DNA of 57,972 nt, filler included, from Ionaspis alba (taxonomy: Eukaryota), in NCBI GenBank assembly GCA_964255285.1. It is 3 parts of 3 records of this genome, joined end to end, with 100 filler letters (N's around TTAATTAATTAA, not from the genome) between each part and the next. Parts side by side here need not be neighbours in the genome. Positions count along the whole stretch, not along the records: positions 19,367 to 38,624 come from CAXUUL010000270.1; 2 more parts are not named here. One strand, 5' to 3'. How positions within the stretch are numbered: position 1 is the first letter of the stretch; every line of letters starts with the position of its first letter. A model generated the notes under the pieces. The model ran no database searches and was not told the DNA's origin. It worked only from the letters and a program-made list of their open reading frames with translations. Shown here piece after piece: positions 22,619 through 35,744 of the stretch. Made by a program: the position numbers and the translations under genes.

Positions 22619-25600
22619 TCAGAACTTGTAGCCTCTAAAAACCTCGTTTCCCCTTCGATAGATCGCTTCCATCCACTCCGTCTGCACTGTGCCTCTCGGT
22701 CGCGATTCTTCGATCTGGTTATCAAGCCATTTGATTGCATCCCCAAACTTAGTCTGTTTGATGCCCAACACATGTCGGAAAGCCATGGCCGCCATCCTGC
22801 GAGTCATCCAACATGTTAGCCAAACTGTGTTCTTCTTCTTCCGCGCTTAGCCTCTTCCAAAAGTGGATTCGTCTCCGGTCTCAAGATCGCCAAGACAGCA
22901 ATGTGATATCCGTTGATTGTGTATGCTTACCATTGCATCTGAGCCTTTGTCACCGCACACCGGTAATCTAGCAGCTTGCCGTTCTTCTGTTTACTCTTTA
23001 CAAGGACAAAGGATAGGTCGATCACATCCTGGATCGTTCCTGTAGCATCAAAGTAGACATCAGTTCGAATGCGAGCAAGACTCCAATGCTGCCTCAGAAG
23101 CGAAGGAATTCTCGAGAATTACATACGTCTAAGCAAAGTGCTTGGAGGTTGCTGTGCTCCCCCCATCGACTTAGCATATCGATAGAACTTCATCGCCGAC
23201 TCCATAAAATTTTGATAAATGGTCACCAAAACTGTACTCGGAGAATTGAATGACGTGTCTATGAACATCGCATGTGTCTGTATCTTGATCGCACTGTCGC
23301 GAGAAGACGATCAGTAGCTTTTTCGAAGATGCCATGTTGTGCTCCACTTACTTCATAGCTTTGCGATGAAAAGACCTGCCCGGCACTTTCGATATCTCCA
23401 CTGTAAGTGAATCGGCAAGCACTGTCATGACGCGGTCAGCTTAGTCGATTTCTCCTCCTTGTCCCAGACATACCTGTATCAATGCGCCGATCTCTGTCCT
23501 TGGTGAGATCTAGGGTTGCAGTGTCGATCATAGTGCCACAATAGGGGAACGCTTTATCTCCGGATAGACGTGGGATTCGTAGACCTCGAAAGGTGTAGTC
23601 GAAGTTCGTGAGAGTCTTTTCCGGCTTGACTTGAATGCCATAACTTTCGTTCCCAGCATGCATGATGTCGAGGAACTTGGTAGCATGCCTCTTATTTGTA
23701 GAGATGAATAGAAAGTCGTCAATGAGTCTTAGCAGCACATTGTCTCCTTCATCGATGAATTCTAGGCACTCTCGCTCGAACTCTGCGTAGAAAAAATTGC
23801 ACAGGATGCTCGAAAGCACTGATCCTTGCGGAATTCCTTGCTTCTGTCGGAAGAACTTCTTCCCAATCTTGACAATATTCCTCTGCACATGCTCCCGTAG
23901 AAGGTTGAGTAGCTGTTCCCTTTTCAGGCAAGTTTGCACAACCGAGTCCACAAAAACCGTGCCTTTCTTTCCAACCGCTAAAGTCTGATCCAGGACCTCT
24001 TCAAAGGCCGCAAAGTCCTCGCTTGCTCGGGCTGTGGCGATGAACTTCCTCGTTGGCTTGCACTGTCTAATGGCACGAGTCGATTGGTAGCCGTGAGATT
24101 CGCTCGATCTGATTTCAGCATGTCGAGTGATGCGATACTCTTCCTCCGAACAAAGCTCTTCTATCAACTTTACCGCTCGGCATTGAGGAATGGTATCGAA
24201 ACAGGATTGTACGTCAACTTTTGCAAAGTAAAGGGTTCTGCTCGTTCCATCTCTGATATCGAGGCGTGATCGAAAGGCTTTCAATCTCGGATAAATGTCT
24301 CCAACCGAGAAGAGTGCAGACCCAAGGCGATCCGGCTGTTGCAGTCTTTCATAGCTGAGCATATTGAAGACCGGTGCCATTACAGCGTTAATGCTTCTTC
24401 CCAAAACTGCTTTCCCACTCTGCAACTTCGTGACTCGGCGCCGTAAATTCATGATGGGTCGTACGCCACGTGCTTTAGGAAGCAGCCGGATCTGACTGAA
24501 TCCTATGGTTCTAGCATCAAGCACCTTCCTTGCTTGGGTTGTGGACATCTCCTCGAACATGGAGAGCTTGATTGTCGCCAAAGATGGTTCCGTCAGCGCT
24601 CGCCAAAGGTCGTGGCGGAAGTAGAAGATGCGGTTTCCGTGGGCGTTGGATTCGGTGACGTGGAAATTGGATCGAATGAGTGGGATGAGTATTGAATCGA
24701 AGACGTAGTAGAGAAACTCGAGGAACAGCTCTTTGCGCTTGTCCATGTCGGACTTAGAAGTCTTAGAGCTCATGAGGGTGTTTGGGGGTATCAGCCATGG
24801 TATGTGACATATCTATGCCTGAGCTTAGTATACCAAGTGTATGTCTTTCATTAAGAGTCTGTCACCTTCATTTTCTGAAACACGTTGTGCAGCGTCAAGC
24901 TCTCAAATCTTCTCAGTCGCACAAACTGGTTGACGGAGTGCAGGACAGTACTTCGGTTGCTTTCACCCTCTAAGCCTTCACCCCATAAATCATTCGGTAG
25001 GAGGTTCAGAAGAACGGCTCGACAGAATGCTGATACATGTTCAGGTGGAGTGGCAGTGTCCACAATGGAGCCTTTCTGAATCTGATCGTGTTCAGAAACT
25101 GTTTGGTCCTCTATTTGTTTATGCTGAGACCGATTAGTAGATCTACGTTTGCCTGTCCTTCGTTGGCGTCGGCTCGTGTTGTCAAGTCGCTAGACGAGCA
25201 ATATCAGCGGGTGCACCATAAGGAACGCACTCTGATCGTACTTCAACAGGACAGTAGTGCTTCAGCAGTTCCGAGTAAGAGCATCGACCGTTGAGCTGCT
25301 GCATACGCTTAACCAATTGCAGGACCTGTCCTCGCAATCTCTTTGGAAGGCTTGATTCGTGGAATTGAGACTTAGTACCACGCCTGAACTGATCACCCCG
25401 AGCATTCGAGAGAATCTCCTGCTCTCGAAGTGTGTAGTCTTTGAAAGGATGGGTGGTTTCTCTGCTATTCACGGATGTTGTGAAGACGTTGTGTAGGCCA
25501 AACTGTCTTGGGAAGATGTACTTCAGAAGATGACGAGTATGGCCCGGATTCTTGTGATCTGGAAATCGGTTCAAGGCGTCTGGAATCTTAAGTTAGGGAA

Positions 25601-26805
25601 GCATTCCATTGGGTACAGGACGACATACGAATGTGACGCAGGCCAAATCGAACTTCTCCTTTTGCGTTCAGCGCCGCACGTGCATACATCATTCGGCTTC
25701 GAACAAAAGTAATATGGGTAGGCTTATGGAGTACTGAAGACACAGCCTTGCTCCGTCCCGAAGAGGTGGCGTTGTGAATCGATGGATGAGGTTTAGAGGG
25801 CTTTGATTTGTCTATCAGTGGCAAATCTGACATTGGTATGCCTAATAAAGACACGTGAGATCAAGCTAAGATCGTAATGGCAATAATGGTTTACCGGATA
25901 ATTGATAAAAGTTATCCCTTCCTTGATCCACAGGAATGAAAATGCCACAATCTAGGATTAGTCCAAGCATGATCATCTCTCCCTCTCTACCCATGATATT
26001 GAGAAGATCGGTCCAAGTAGCTCCTTTGATGTGAGACACATGGGTGTTAGGGTAAATGGAAGTCAAGCCTGGGATGCCGGCAAAAGGACAGCAATCCTCA
26101 ATACTGTATTTCGGTGGACCTGCGCGCTGGTATCCATGACACAACATATGTGGTGGCTTGTGTTCGCTTCGATGCATTTTGTTGAACAGCAGCCATATGG
26201 CGAAGTCGACTACCTGAGCTAGAGTCAGAAGAGAGCAGAATCGTCAACCATCATATCAAGCAAGCGCGCATTAGGCCACAAGTCCTTGGCATCAACCACT
26301 CTTGTGGTTTCAAGAAAGTGTTCATACTGACCTCTGACTGCGACGAATTACCTTCTCCGAGACTGCTCCGCATGGTTGACCCAGTCTGCTGGGAGAAAGC
26401 CTCGAAGTCTCTTCTCCGTGAAGAATCGGTTCCTTTGAGCTCTGTACTGTGAAGGCCAACCAGTGTAGCGCTCAATAGCTTGGCCAGCCTTAAACTGGGG
26501 TCCTCATTATTTCGCTGCAATCCTCCTCCAGCATCCTGAGCTGCTTGAGCATTGACAATCTGGCTTCGCGTAGATGCATCAGATGATGGTTTAACAAGAG
26601 CACTGATCTTCCTCCTGCGAGATTTTGATGTTTTTGGAAGCCTTGATAAGGCATATTCACCAAGTGTCATGACTTCAGGGTAGTACAAAGTAACAAGAGA
26701 CCTCGTCGGGCCAAATGAATGACATGTGACCGCTTCATCAATCTTGAGACGCTTGCAAGGACCAGCGTGGCGATCGCCTTGCGAACGTTTCCTCTTCCGA
26801 GCCAT
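22619..26805 (-). CDS. EST2: Telomerase reverse transcriptase (TERT)
   Basis: TRBD (KYIFPRQFGLHNVFT), T motif (FHVTES..NRIFYFRHDLW), motifs 1/2 (IRLLPK, RPIMNL), A (FAKVDVQSCFD), B' (GIPQGSVLSSILC), C (LLRLIDDFLFIS) and E (FPYCG); about 9 introns. Confidence 0.97.
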
Positions 26806-28057
26806 GTCCGGCTTATGAGAGAGAACATGAACAGAGACAAAACTCTTGTAGCATGAATGGCTTTTGACGTTATATGATCACATATAGGTGAAGAGTGCTA
26901 AGCTCATCCTCATCCATATTTGGTGCTTAGATTGGGTGCAAACGAATCGCGTTCTGTATGCCATCTGACGCGACCTGCAGCTCGCTAAACCTCGCGTCGG
27001 TGCAACCAACGATGACATGGTGGGGCAGGGATGTAACATTAGTCGAAAACGAAACCTTCCGCACTAAACAGACAGAATACAACAAAGGTAATCTGGACGC
27101 AGACGTGAAATAAATCGAAATCTCACTTGCATCCCTTGATCACTGGGTGACTCGAGCGTTACCTTGAAGTTTTAAGTAGGGAGACCTTTCCCGGTTCAAC
27201 CTCCCTTTGGTTCTGCCCCTCTCGTTGGCGTTCAAACCAGGTTCGGGGCGCCGGATTTGGGGGTACCCTTGTGATTAGTACAACGGTGGAACCCGGAAAT
27301 TGGGGAGTAAATTGGTGTGAAAAGAGAATAACATGACGACACAGAAAAGTGCCACCATTCAGGAAATTATAGTAGAATCGGGCATATTACAGCAGCGTTG
27401 ACGAAAACCTCAAGTTTCGGGACAGAGTTGTTGTGTGAAGACGTTCTAGACACCAGGCTCTACCCGATACTGCTTTTGTAGCACATATCGGATGTGCAAG
27501 AGCAGATACTTTCATAATCTCGATTGGCCGATCGGTCATATCAACCCTTTTCCGTAGGAAAGCTGCGGGGATTGAATTCGAATGACAGTATCTGACATGA
27601 ATCGCTCGGGTCAGATTCGTCCTGACCTGCAATAGCTCGGAAGACGTGGTTCCGATGTAAGAACGTTCAACAGAAGGAGGTCTCCAGGATGGTCGATGAT
27701 ATCAAATCCCGCCTGCACTACCTCCTGTTGGCAGGATGAAGAGCGTGACGAAAGGGGAGATTTGGTAAAGAAATGGAAGGTATGAATTCGACACTAGTGT
27801 CAGCTTTGAGGTAGATTTCCCAGCCACACAACCCCAGGCTTTCCGTGGCTCCCTAGCTTCCTCGCTGTCTCGCCGAAGGACCCTACGGCTGTCCTTGTCG
27901 CACAAAGAGAGGTCATCCCAACAGCTGATGCCGTCGTTGATAACAAGAAATCAAACAAGTCCGTGGATCGAGAGTCTGCACATCCTTCTTGTTCTAACTT
28001 CCAGTCGGGCAGCGAATCCATCAGGCGAGTTGTATTGTACAGCCGGTTGTTCAGAAA

Positions 28058-28092
28058 TGATGGTCTCCCGTTGATGGTCTCCCGTTGATGGT
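28058..28092 (+). repeat. 14-bp tandem repeat x2.5 (TGATGGTCTCCCGT)
   Basis: Directly visible upstream of the RhoGEF start codon. Confidence 0.8.
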
Positions 28093-28487
28093 GCGGGCGC
28101 CCCAGCTGCTGCATCCAATCGTCCGGCAGGCCCTGAAGCTTCTCCACCGGGCGAGCCTGCAAGAATAAGCGCAAAGTAAATCCCGCGCCTCTACAACGGT
28201 CCGACCTACTGAGCAAGTACCGTCCCTTTGGACAACGACACTCTCTACCGAACTCCAAATCGCCAGCAAGAAGTGCCTTCCATTGCGACTCCCAAACCCT
28301 GGAGACGAGTAGAACGATCGCCAGGAAGAAGGAAGCCGGCCAGCTAGGGTCCAGCTCAGCAGGGTGACTGGCCTTGGAATAGCGCTCGCTGGGGAGGTAG
28401 TTGATTGGAAACACTCTCCTGATTGGTACCCACGTTGCCGCACGGATTACGTTTCGAAGCACAATTCGTTGACCTGATGAGAACACC

Positions 28488-31400
28488 ATGGACAACGATG
28501 ATCACAATTTTTACAACGCACATCCACCACCGACTGCCCTCTCGGCAGGCTACGAACCCTCCTCCGACTACATTCTAGACGACGACGACGACCACGACCA
28601 CGACCACTACCACAATTCCCACGCGCAAGACCACGACTTTCCTTCCACGACCAGCAGACAATCGCCTCATCTCCACAATCTTTCAACTTCCTTCGAGCAG
28701 TACGCGTCAAATGCCAGTGTTAACGGCTTTACGAGCGAACCGCCGGATATCGCCAACTCGCCGGATCCGCACGACTTCTATCGGCAGTATCGCGATCCCT
28801 ATCGAAGAGGATTGGAGGAAGATCTCGCTTATTCAGACAGCAACTTCGGAGACGGAGATGACGAGATGACGACTTCGCGGGCTCACAGGTCAATTCCCAC
28901 AAATGGTCGTCCCAAAGGCTACACATCTTCTCCTCTCTCATCACGCTACAACAACCGGTCCGAACCTCACACTACCTCATCTCCTCTCGCCGAAAGAGTC
29001 ACGAAGGCAGTCGATCCCTCCAATCCACAACTACCACGAACGACGCGAAATCGTCAGACTTCCCTACAAGCTCTCGTAAACAAATTTAATCAAAATCTGG
29101 ATGAAGTTCCACCAATACCTAGCAAGCCTGGCTCGAGGTCAACATCTGCAAATGCCAGTCCTGCGACGATCCATGGGCCAAAAACTTTCAGGAGCCGCGT
29201 TCCGTCGGAGACTCCTGGGTCTGGACACAAGATGTTCATGCGAGCTACACCATCAGCCAGCGATCGCTCGGAACCTATGACACTTCAATCACCGAGAAAG
29301 AGAATAGCAAAGGAAGCCCCAAACTCCAACCCGATGACAATCCCTAGTCCCAGGAACTCACGCAAGCCTCCTTCAGTATCCAGCACTTCCTATGCTTCTC
29401 AGTCGATGACAGACCTGAACGTTAAGAAACCAGAAATACCTCAAAGACCGCTCTTTGGTGAGGTTTTGGCAGTAAATACCGCCTCTGTCGATCCCGGATA
29501 TAGGATACCTGTGCCTCGGCGACGAAGGGGCTCGGAGGGCAGTATGCACACTCCCAATCCCATGTTCAGCGAAGATCGAAGTACATCAGTTTCTCGAGTT
29601 TCGCCATCGTCACCAACCGCTTGGTACCTTGGCGTTACACCTAGCTTGGAAGGAATCAATTTAGACAAACCTATACCCGCTAGACCATCTGGTGGTATGC
29701 ACCGTCGATCGAGGAGTGACTTTGCTGGCACCATATCGAAACCGCCCCACTCAAGTTGCTTCGGAAAGTCCGTTACTATTATGTCACCTCCGCAAGAACA
29801 AAGCTCTCCACTTACATCCCCCCTCACAGCTAAGCGCAACTCGCAATCGAGAATTCCTATCAGCACCCGACGCATGAGTGTAACCTCTGATTCTGGGAAC
29901 TCCTCCCAATCTACTCGATCCAATTCCATTGTCAACCAATCTGCAATACATCGCCGACCATCTGCGAAAGCCGGCAGTGTCTTGGCGAATCCAAGGTCAA
30001 GTACGAAGCTTTCAAACCCCGATCGCAAAGCCACTGCGAGCCCATCGAAGAGATCTCCCAGGCATCGGAACCTTAGCCCATTAAGACAACAGACCGGAAC
30101 GAGCCCTCGGCTCAAGGCCTATATATCCGAACCCCAACCAATGAAATCCCCTCCTCTGCGCAGCTCCAGGCCTAGACAACCCGTTTCGACGGCTACTACG
30201 TCCGCGTCACGAGCACGAGCGGCAGAGCGAGCTGCAATGAACGCAAGCAGAAATTCTAGTGGATCCCGAGATGCAAAGCAGAAGAAATTACCGGAACTGG
30301 GAGGTGTCGATTTTGCAGCTAGAAGACAAAGGATACAGCAAGCGTTCACTAAGACTATGGAGGAGAATAAACGGAAGACAGAGATCGAAGCTGAGAAGCA
30401 GCGTGAGGCGCCTTCGCAGGAACCACACCAGGAACAGGATGCAGAGAAAGAAAGCATGGAGACCAGACCTGAGACCGATACGGAGCTACCCGGCAAACGA
30501 GACCTCGAAACTCCTATGATTAAGGGCAGCCTATCAGAGAAAAGTCCTCTTGAGAAGACCCCCAAGTCAGAGCGTGACTTGACAATCAATACCGCTCCTC
30601 TATTCGAAAGATCAGTCCTAGACTTAAGTCAGGAAGATTCGCCAACCTTGGGTGTGGCAAACAGGTTTCTCAGTTCGAGGCAATTCCAATATGACAGTCC
30701 GACTCCGCCGTCAGAAGACGAGCCCATGTCAGCCGTGACTGCAGGGACTGCTGAGACCTTTTTCGACAATGAGCCACAAGAGGAAACGCCAGCACCTAAC
30801 AGGGACCATAGAACTCTTTTGAGCCAAGTCATGGGCCTACGAGAGCCTAGCCCTGCGGAGCTCGACGACTCGGTAAATGCAAAGCAGCTATCAGTGCAAG
30901 TGGACGATTCGGCCTCGGACAGAGACGACAGGGAGTCCATTCAGATAATGCTCGGAGCAACACCTATCAACGAGACAGCGGCCGATAGGAGCGCTTTGCA
31001 GGTAGACGAGACGAGGAATGAGACCTGTAACCCAGATAGTAGATGGAGCACGAACTCTTGGACATCAATGGAGGGTTCCAGTCATCGACCATCTCTGGAT
31101 CAAGCTCGCGAAGCAAACGCATCCATGGATCGCATCGACGAGCTTACTCCACCTCGGCAAGAAGGATCTGGTCATGTGTCTATGTCAACGAACGCAAGCA
31201 CCTATAGTCAGCCTATGTGGTCTCCTGACTCTATGAGCTCTCTACTTTCTGGCCGAACAACACTTGATAGCGACTCCTATAATACTATCAATCGTGTCCT
31301 GGATTCCTATCACGACTCCAATCAGATGACGCCAGAAACTATCAGTGACATACAACAACGGCTCTTCTCGCAATCTCCTGACATAGCTCGCAGAGGTGGA

Positions 31401-34400
31401 TGGGATACTCAAAAGGTGACAAAGCTATATCTACAAGCCCTTGGGAAGACCAGTTACGCACAGCCGAGTGTCGTTCCAGAGCCTCTAAATGTCCCCGGAA
31501 GGACATCGGGCGACTCAGCCCGGCCTCCACCTCCGGCTCAGCGAGATCACGCGGATATGCAGACAGCTGATATTGATCGAGAGAAAGGAAGCGACACGGG
31601 TGGTGACCGTTGCGATGAGAGCGACAGTCACGAACCGTTAGTCGCGGAGGGGCTGGAAGTCGTCGATCGTCCAAATCCGCAACGTGCAAGTTTGAATCAC
31701 CCAGATGACTTCACGAACACTTCTCCGTCATTGTTAGATTGGATGCATCGGGCAGAGGCCGAAACTCCCACAGAGGACAATACTTTGCTATCACCCAGGA
31801 AGTATAGGGGTCCCGGAGGAACTCCTGTATATGAGCAGTCCGATGCCGTCGAGCCCGATCGTTCCAGGACACCTCGAGTACGTCCTGAAGATTCTCAAGT
31901 AGGATTACCAGACATACCTCGAACCGGTGGTGGACTGGGAATCCTCGATATCAATGTCGAGTCACCCCATGATGAAAGTTTTCCACCTGAGCCACATCCA
32001 CCAATTCCAGGTGAATCAACCTCGTCACCTATTCACTCAAGTACAATACGCAAAAACCTTCCTTCGTCTCCTAGCAGGAAATCCCCGCCTCCACCGCCCA
32101 TCATATACAGCAGACATCAACTTCCTGGCATGAGCGCGACTCCAGATTCATCGGTCCCACAACCCGGTACTGCGAAGATATTTCCGTCGAGCTCAGAGGC
32201 ACTCTCGACATCTAAAGAAGTATCGAATGGAGAGGGAGCATCAGTATCAACGGAGCCAGCATCCAAATCTACGTCTCCGCCGCCTGATCAGAAACGCTTG
32301 ACAAGAAGGAGGCATATCATCAAGGAGCTCGTGGATACAGAATCGTCCTTTGGACAGGATATGAAAGTCGTGGATGATATTTACAAAGGCACTTCGAATA
32401 TCATTGTCATATCTCAAGAAGATGTCAAGATCTTGTTCGGAAACTCGGAGCAGATCGTGGCCTTCTCGACCTCCTTCCTTGACGCACTCAAGCAGGCAGT
32501 CAAAAGTGTTTATGTCCTCCCAAAATCCCGTCGATGGAGAAGTCAAAGGGATAGTGCGGCGACTTCTACGAGTGGCAATACGGACGATCAATCTTCGCTA
32601 AATGGAGCGATGGACCTGAGCGATGACGAGATGGATCGCAAGACCACTATTGGGGAGGCGTTCGGCAATCACATGACGCAAATGGAGAAGGTCTACGCAG
32701 AGTATCTGAAGAACCATGATTCCGCGAATCAGAAGCTAGTAGCATTGCAAAAGAACGATAAGGTCAAGATCTGGCTCAAAGAATGTCAGCTCTATGCCAG
32801 TGATCTTACTACCGCATGGGACCTTGACTCTTTGCTTGTCAAACCTGTCCAACGGATTCTCAAATATCCCCTACTCTTGAAAGAGCTCCTGGAAGTCACG
32901 CCTGTCAATCATCCTGACTTCGCTGCATTGGACAATGCTGCTCGCGAGATGGTCGGCGTTTCGGTTAGAATCAACGAGATGAAGAAACGCGCGGAGCAAT
33001 TCGAGCAGGCTACGAACTCTGGTCGGAAACGCAAGGACTTCGATCCATCAAAGAAGCTCAAGATCAAGTTCCCAACTAAGGTACCGGAGAATGTCCAAGA
33101 TAAGGAGTACGACAAGCTTGCAGAGAAGTTTGGCTCGCAGTTCTTCCAGTTGCAGCTCGTTATGAGGGATGTCGATGACTACTCGAGGGTTTGGTTAATT
33201 CGATGGACCAACAGTTGGGGTGAGATGGTGGCCGCCATAGAAGCATATATCGATGTCAAACAGTCGCCTTATCCGGAAGTTGAGAGCAAATATCGGAATC
33301 TGAGGATGTCCACCAGGGAAATCATGAACACCGCCCTGACTGATCATGTAAGTTTGAGCATTCAACAGAGCGACATTCAGTCCAGACTGACATCGTGCAG
33401 ATCAGCGCAGTTCGCAAAAGCGTTCTCGAGCCAATGACTCTACTGATGAAAATTTATGAAGGACCTCAGAGACTCGTAAACAAACGCAAGAAGCGGATGG
33501 CAGATTTCGCTCGCTACAAGGCCATTAGAGACCGAGGCGACAAGCTGGACAAGAAGACCACCGAACAAGGCGAGCAGTTTATTGCTCTGAACGACACACT
33601 GAAAGACGAACTTCCCAAACTGTTCGCTCTTACGGGAAAATTGGTCGAAGCGTGTCTTCAGAATTTCGTTCATTTGCAGCAGAAGTGGCAGATTATATGG
33701 AAAAGGAAACTGCTGCATTCACTGGATATGGAACAGACGCCTCAAGTTGACAATATATTGACTTCGTTTTGGGGTGACTTCACTTACGGACGTGATGAAG
33801 CACATGCTTTGGGGATTATCAATGGGTCATTGATTGCTGATGCAGGTGCAAATTTCCTCAATACCATTTCGCCGTCGATGACGCTCAATGGGGACGACTC
33901 ATCGTCTTCACTCAGGCGACCTTCCACAAATACCGTGGATTCTCGGAGCCGAGGCTTCTCCAACAGCAGTGACGTCTCCCCCATGCTACCTCAACCTGAC
34001 TTTGGTGGTCGACCCGACGATACACTCGGTCTGGGTCATCTCGGTAGCAGTGGAGCATACATGACAAACGGCTACCAGCCAGGCACCGCTCGACGCGCCC
34101 GAGCCAGCTCCGCAGTCTCAAGCCGAAGTCCCAACACTCCCGAGATATCCAGTCCGTATCGAATACCAACGAGCAGCACAATGCCCGCGAGTCTCCACTC
34201 CAACCGACCATCCACTTCAACGGGAAGGAGCACCGACTCGCCCTCGCACCTGCGCCTGAGTGTTGACAACAACGCTAGCCGAACGCGCCTTAGTGCCGAC
34301 TCGACCTTAAACCAACCGCCGTCCAACTCAACCGCCTCAACTTACTACAACCCATCCCGAGACCCCGCACCCGCACGTCCCTCCTCACCATCCTACAGAA

Positions 34401-34778
34401 ACTCCAACCTCTTCTCTTCCGCGATGCCAATGTCCGACTCACCTCGTGCTCAGTCGCCCACAGGCTCCGACCAGGCGGGTCGTGAGTTCAATGTCTTGTT
34501 CTTAGCTGCCAGTGTCTATGAGTTCAACATCGATCGTGCAAGACGCGAAGCTGGCTATCCTTATCTGACTTATGTCGCGGGAGAGGTACTTCACCCACAA
34601 TCACCCGATTCATCCTTTGATTAGAAGAGTGTATGGCTAACAGATCGTTCTTTTCTCTTTCAAGATCTTCGATGTCATTGGCGAAAAGGGCGAGCTCTGG
34701 CTTGCTAAGAACCAGGATGACAGGACGAATACGGTGGGCTGGATCTGGAACAAGCATTTTGCCAAACTGGCTTCTTAG
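28488..34778 (+). CDS. Rho guanine-nucleotide exchange factor with DH, BAR and C-terminal SH3-like domains (Tuba/dynamin-binding-protein-like)
   Basis: RRHIIKELVDTESSF and LDSLLVKPVQRILKYPLLLKELL (DH); LNDTLKDELPKL (BAR); FLAASVYEF..YPYLTYVAGE/IFDVIGEKGELWLA..GWIWNKHFAKL (SH3); two introns. Confidence 0.92.
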
Positions 34779-35744
34779 TCGCCGATGTCGACGACAAGAT
34801 CTCTCAATTCTCACTTCGGTCGAGAATGTCACATCACTACCTACCTCTCTGTACTACGACAACAACACATCAGACACTCCCATCCACTTCTCGTATGTTC
34901 TGCCACTTTCCCATCAAGCGACCGGCGTTCCTAGCACCTCTGTTCGCTTTTTCACACGCACGTGTGGCGCTCCAGTCAGCATCCTCGCAACGAACGAATT
35001 AATGTCTCTGTACGAACTACGGGGAGAGACCAACAACCACGCAATGGAGTTTATCATCTCCTTTTCGATTTTTTTTTCAAGTGTTAAGTGTTACTGCATA
35101 CGTTATTTTCGATCTTATGAATCTCGCTTTGGGATAATAGTGCGTTGGAGCTTGCATCAGACGGGATCTGACGGCGCTGAGGGTCCTTGAGGGTGGGATT
35201 CTACGTCGTTGCGTCGATAGGACGCGATGGGTTGTAGGTTGGGGCAGCTGTTTTATTAGGGCTTGTTGTGAGGGATCGGAAGTGCTATAAGGCATCTGGA
35301 AGATCCTGTTAGGGTTGGCGGCGTAGATGTCTTTGATGTACGCGGCTGTCAGTGATATGCTGTAAGAAATCAACAATTCAATCAATACGCTTGATTAAAT
35401 GATCTTGAGATATATTGTGACTGAGTGAATTACTTGATCTCGAGATTGATTATTCCTGCCATCAATATCGGTCTCTTTGATACATGCCTCCAAGAATCCA
35501 TACTTTTACAGGATTCCAGCATCACTTATAGATGTCTGCTAAATAGTCAAGTCATGCCGACGAGAAATCCATCCAAGAGACGCTACATTTGTCACTGTTT
35601 CGGCTCAGCCCTACGAGGGCTATTTCCATATCGGTCTCTCCAAATGCCGACATCTCAAAATAATCTTCAACAGCAACGTCGAAGAGCTGGACGCGCTCAA
35701 CGCCAGAAACCCAAGCATCGTCAGTCAATCGTACCGAGGCCATC

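Noticed and set aside
23436..24773. Reverse transcriptase ORF as a retroelement
   Set aside because: It has the telomerase-specific T motif and TRBD exons, spliceosomal introns, and no gag, endonuclease or LTRs. It is TERT.
27205..27270. tRNA gene suggested by the GTTCAAACC B-box-like motif
   Set aside because: No acceptor stem, D-arm or anticodon arm can be built around it.
27800..28495. 231-aa minus-strand ORF upstream of the RhoGEF
   Set aside because: No domain or compositional support; it overlaps the likely RhoGEF promoter/5' UTR.
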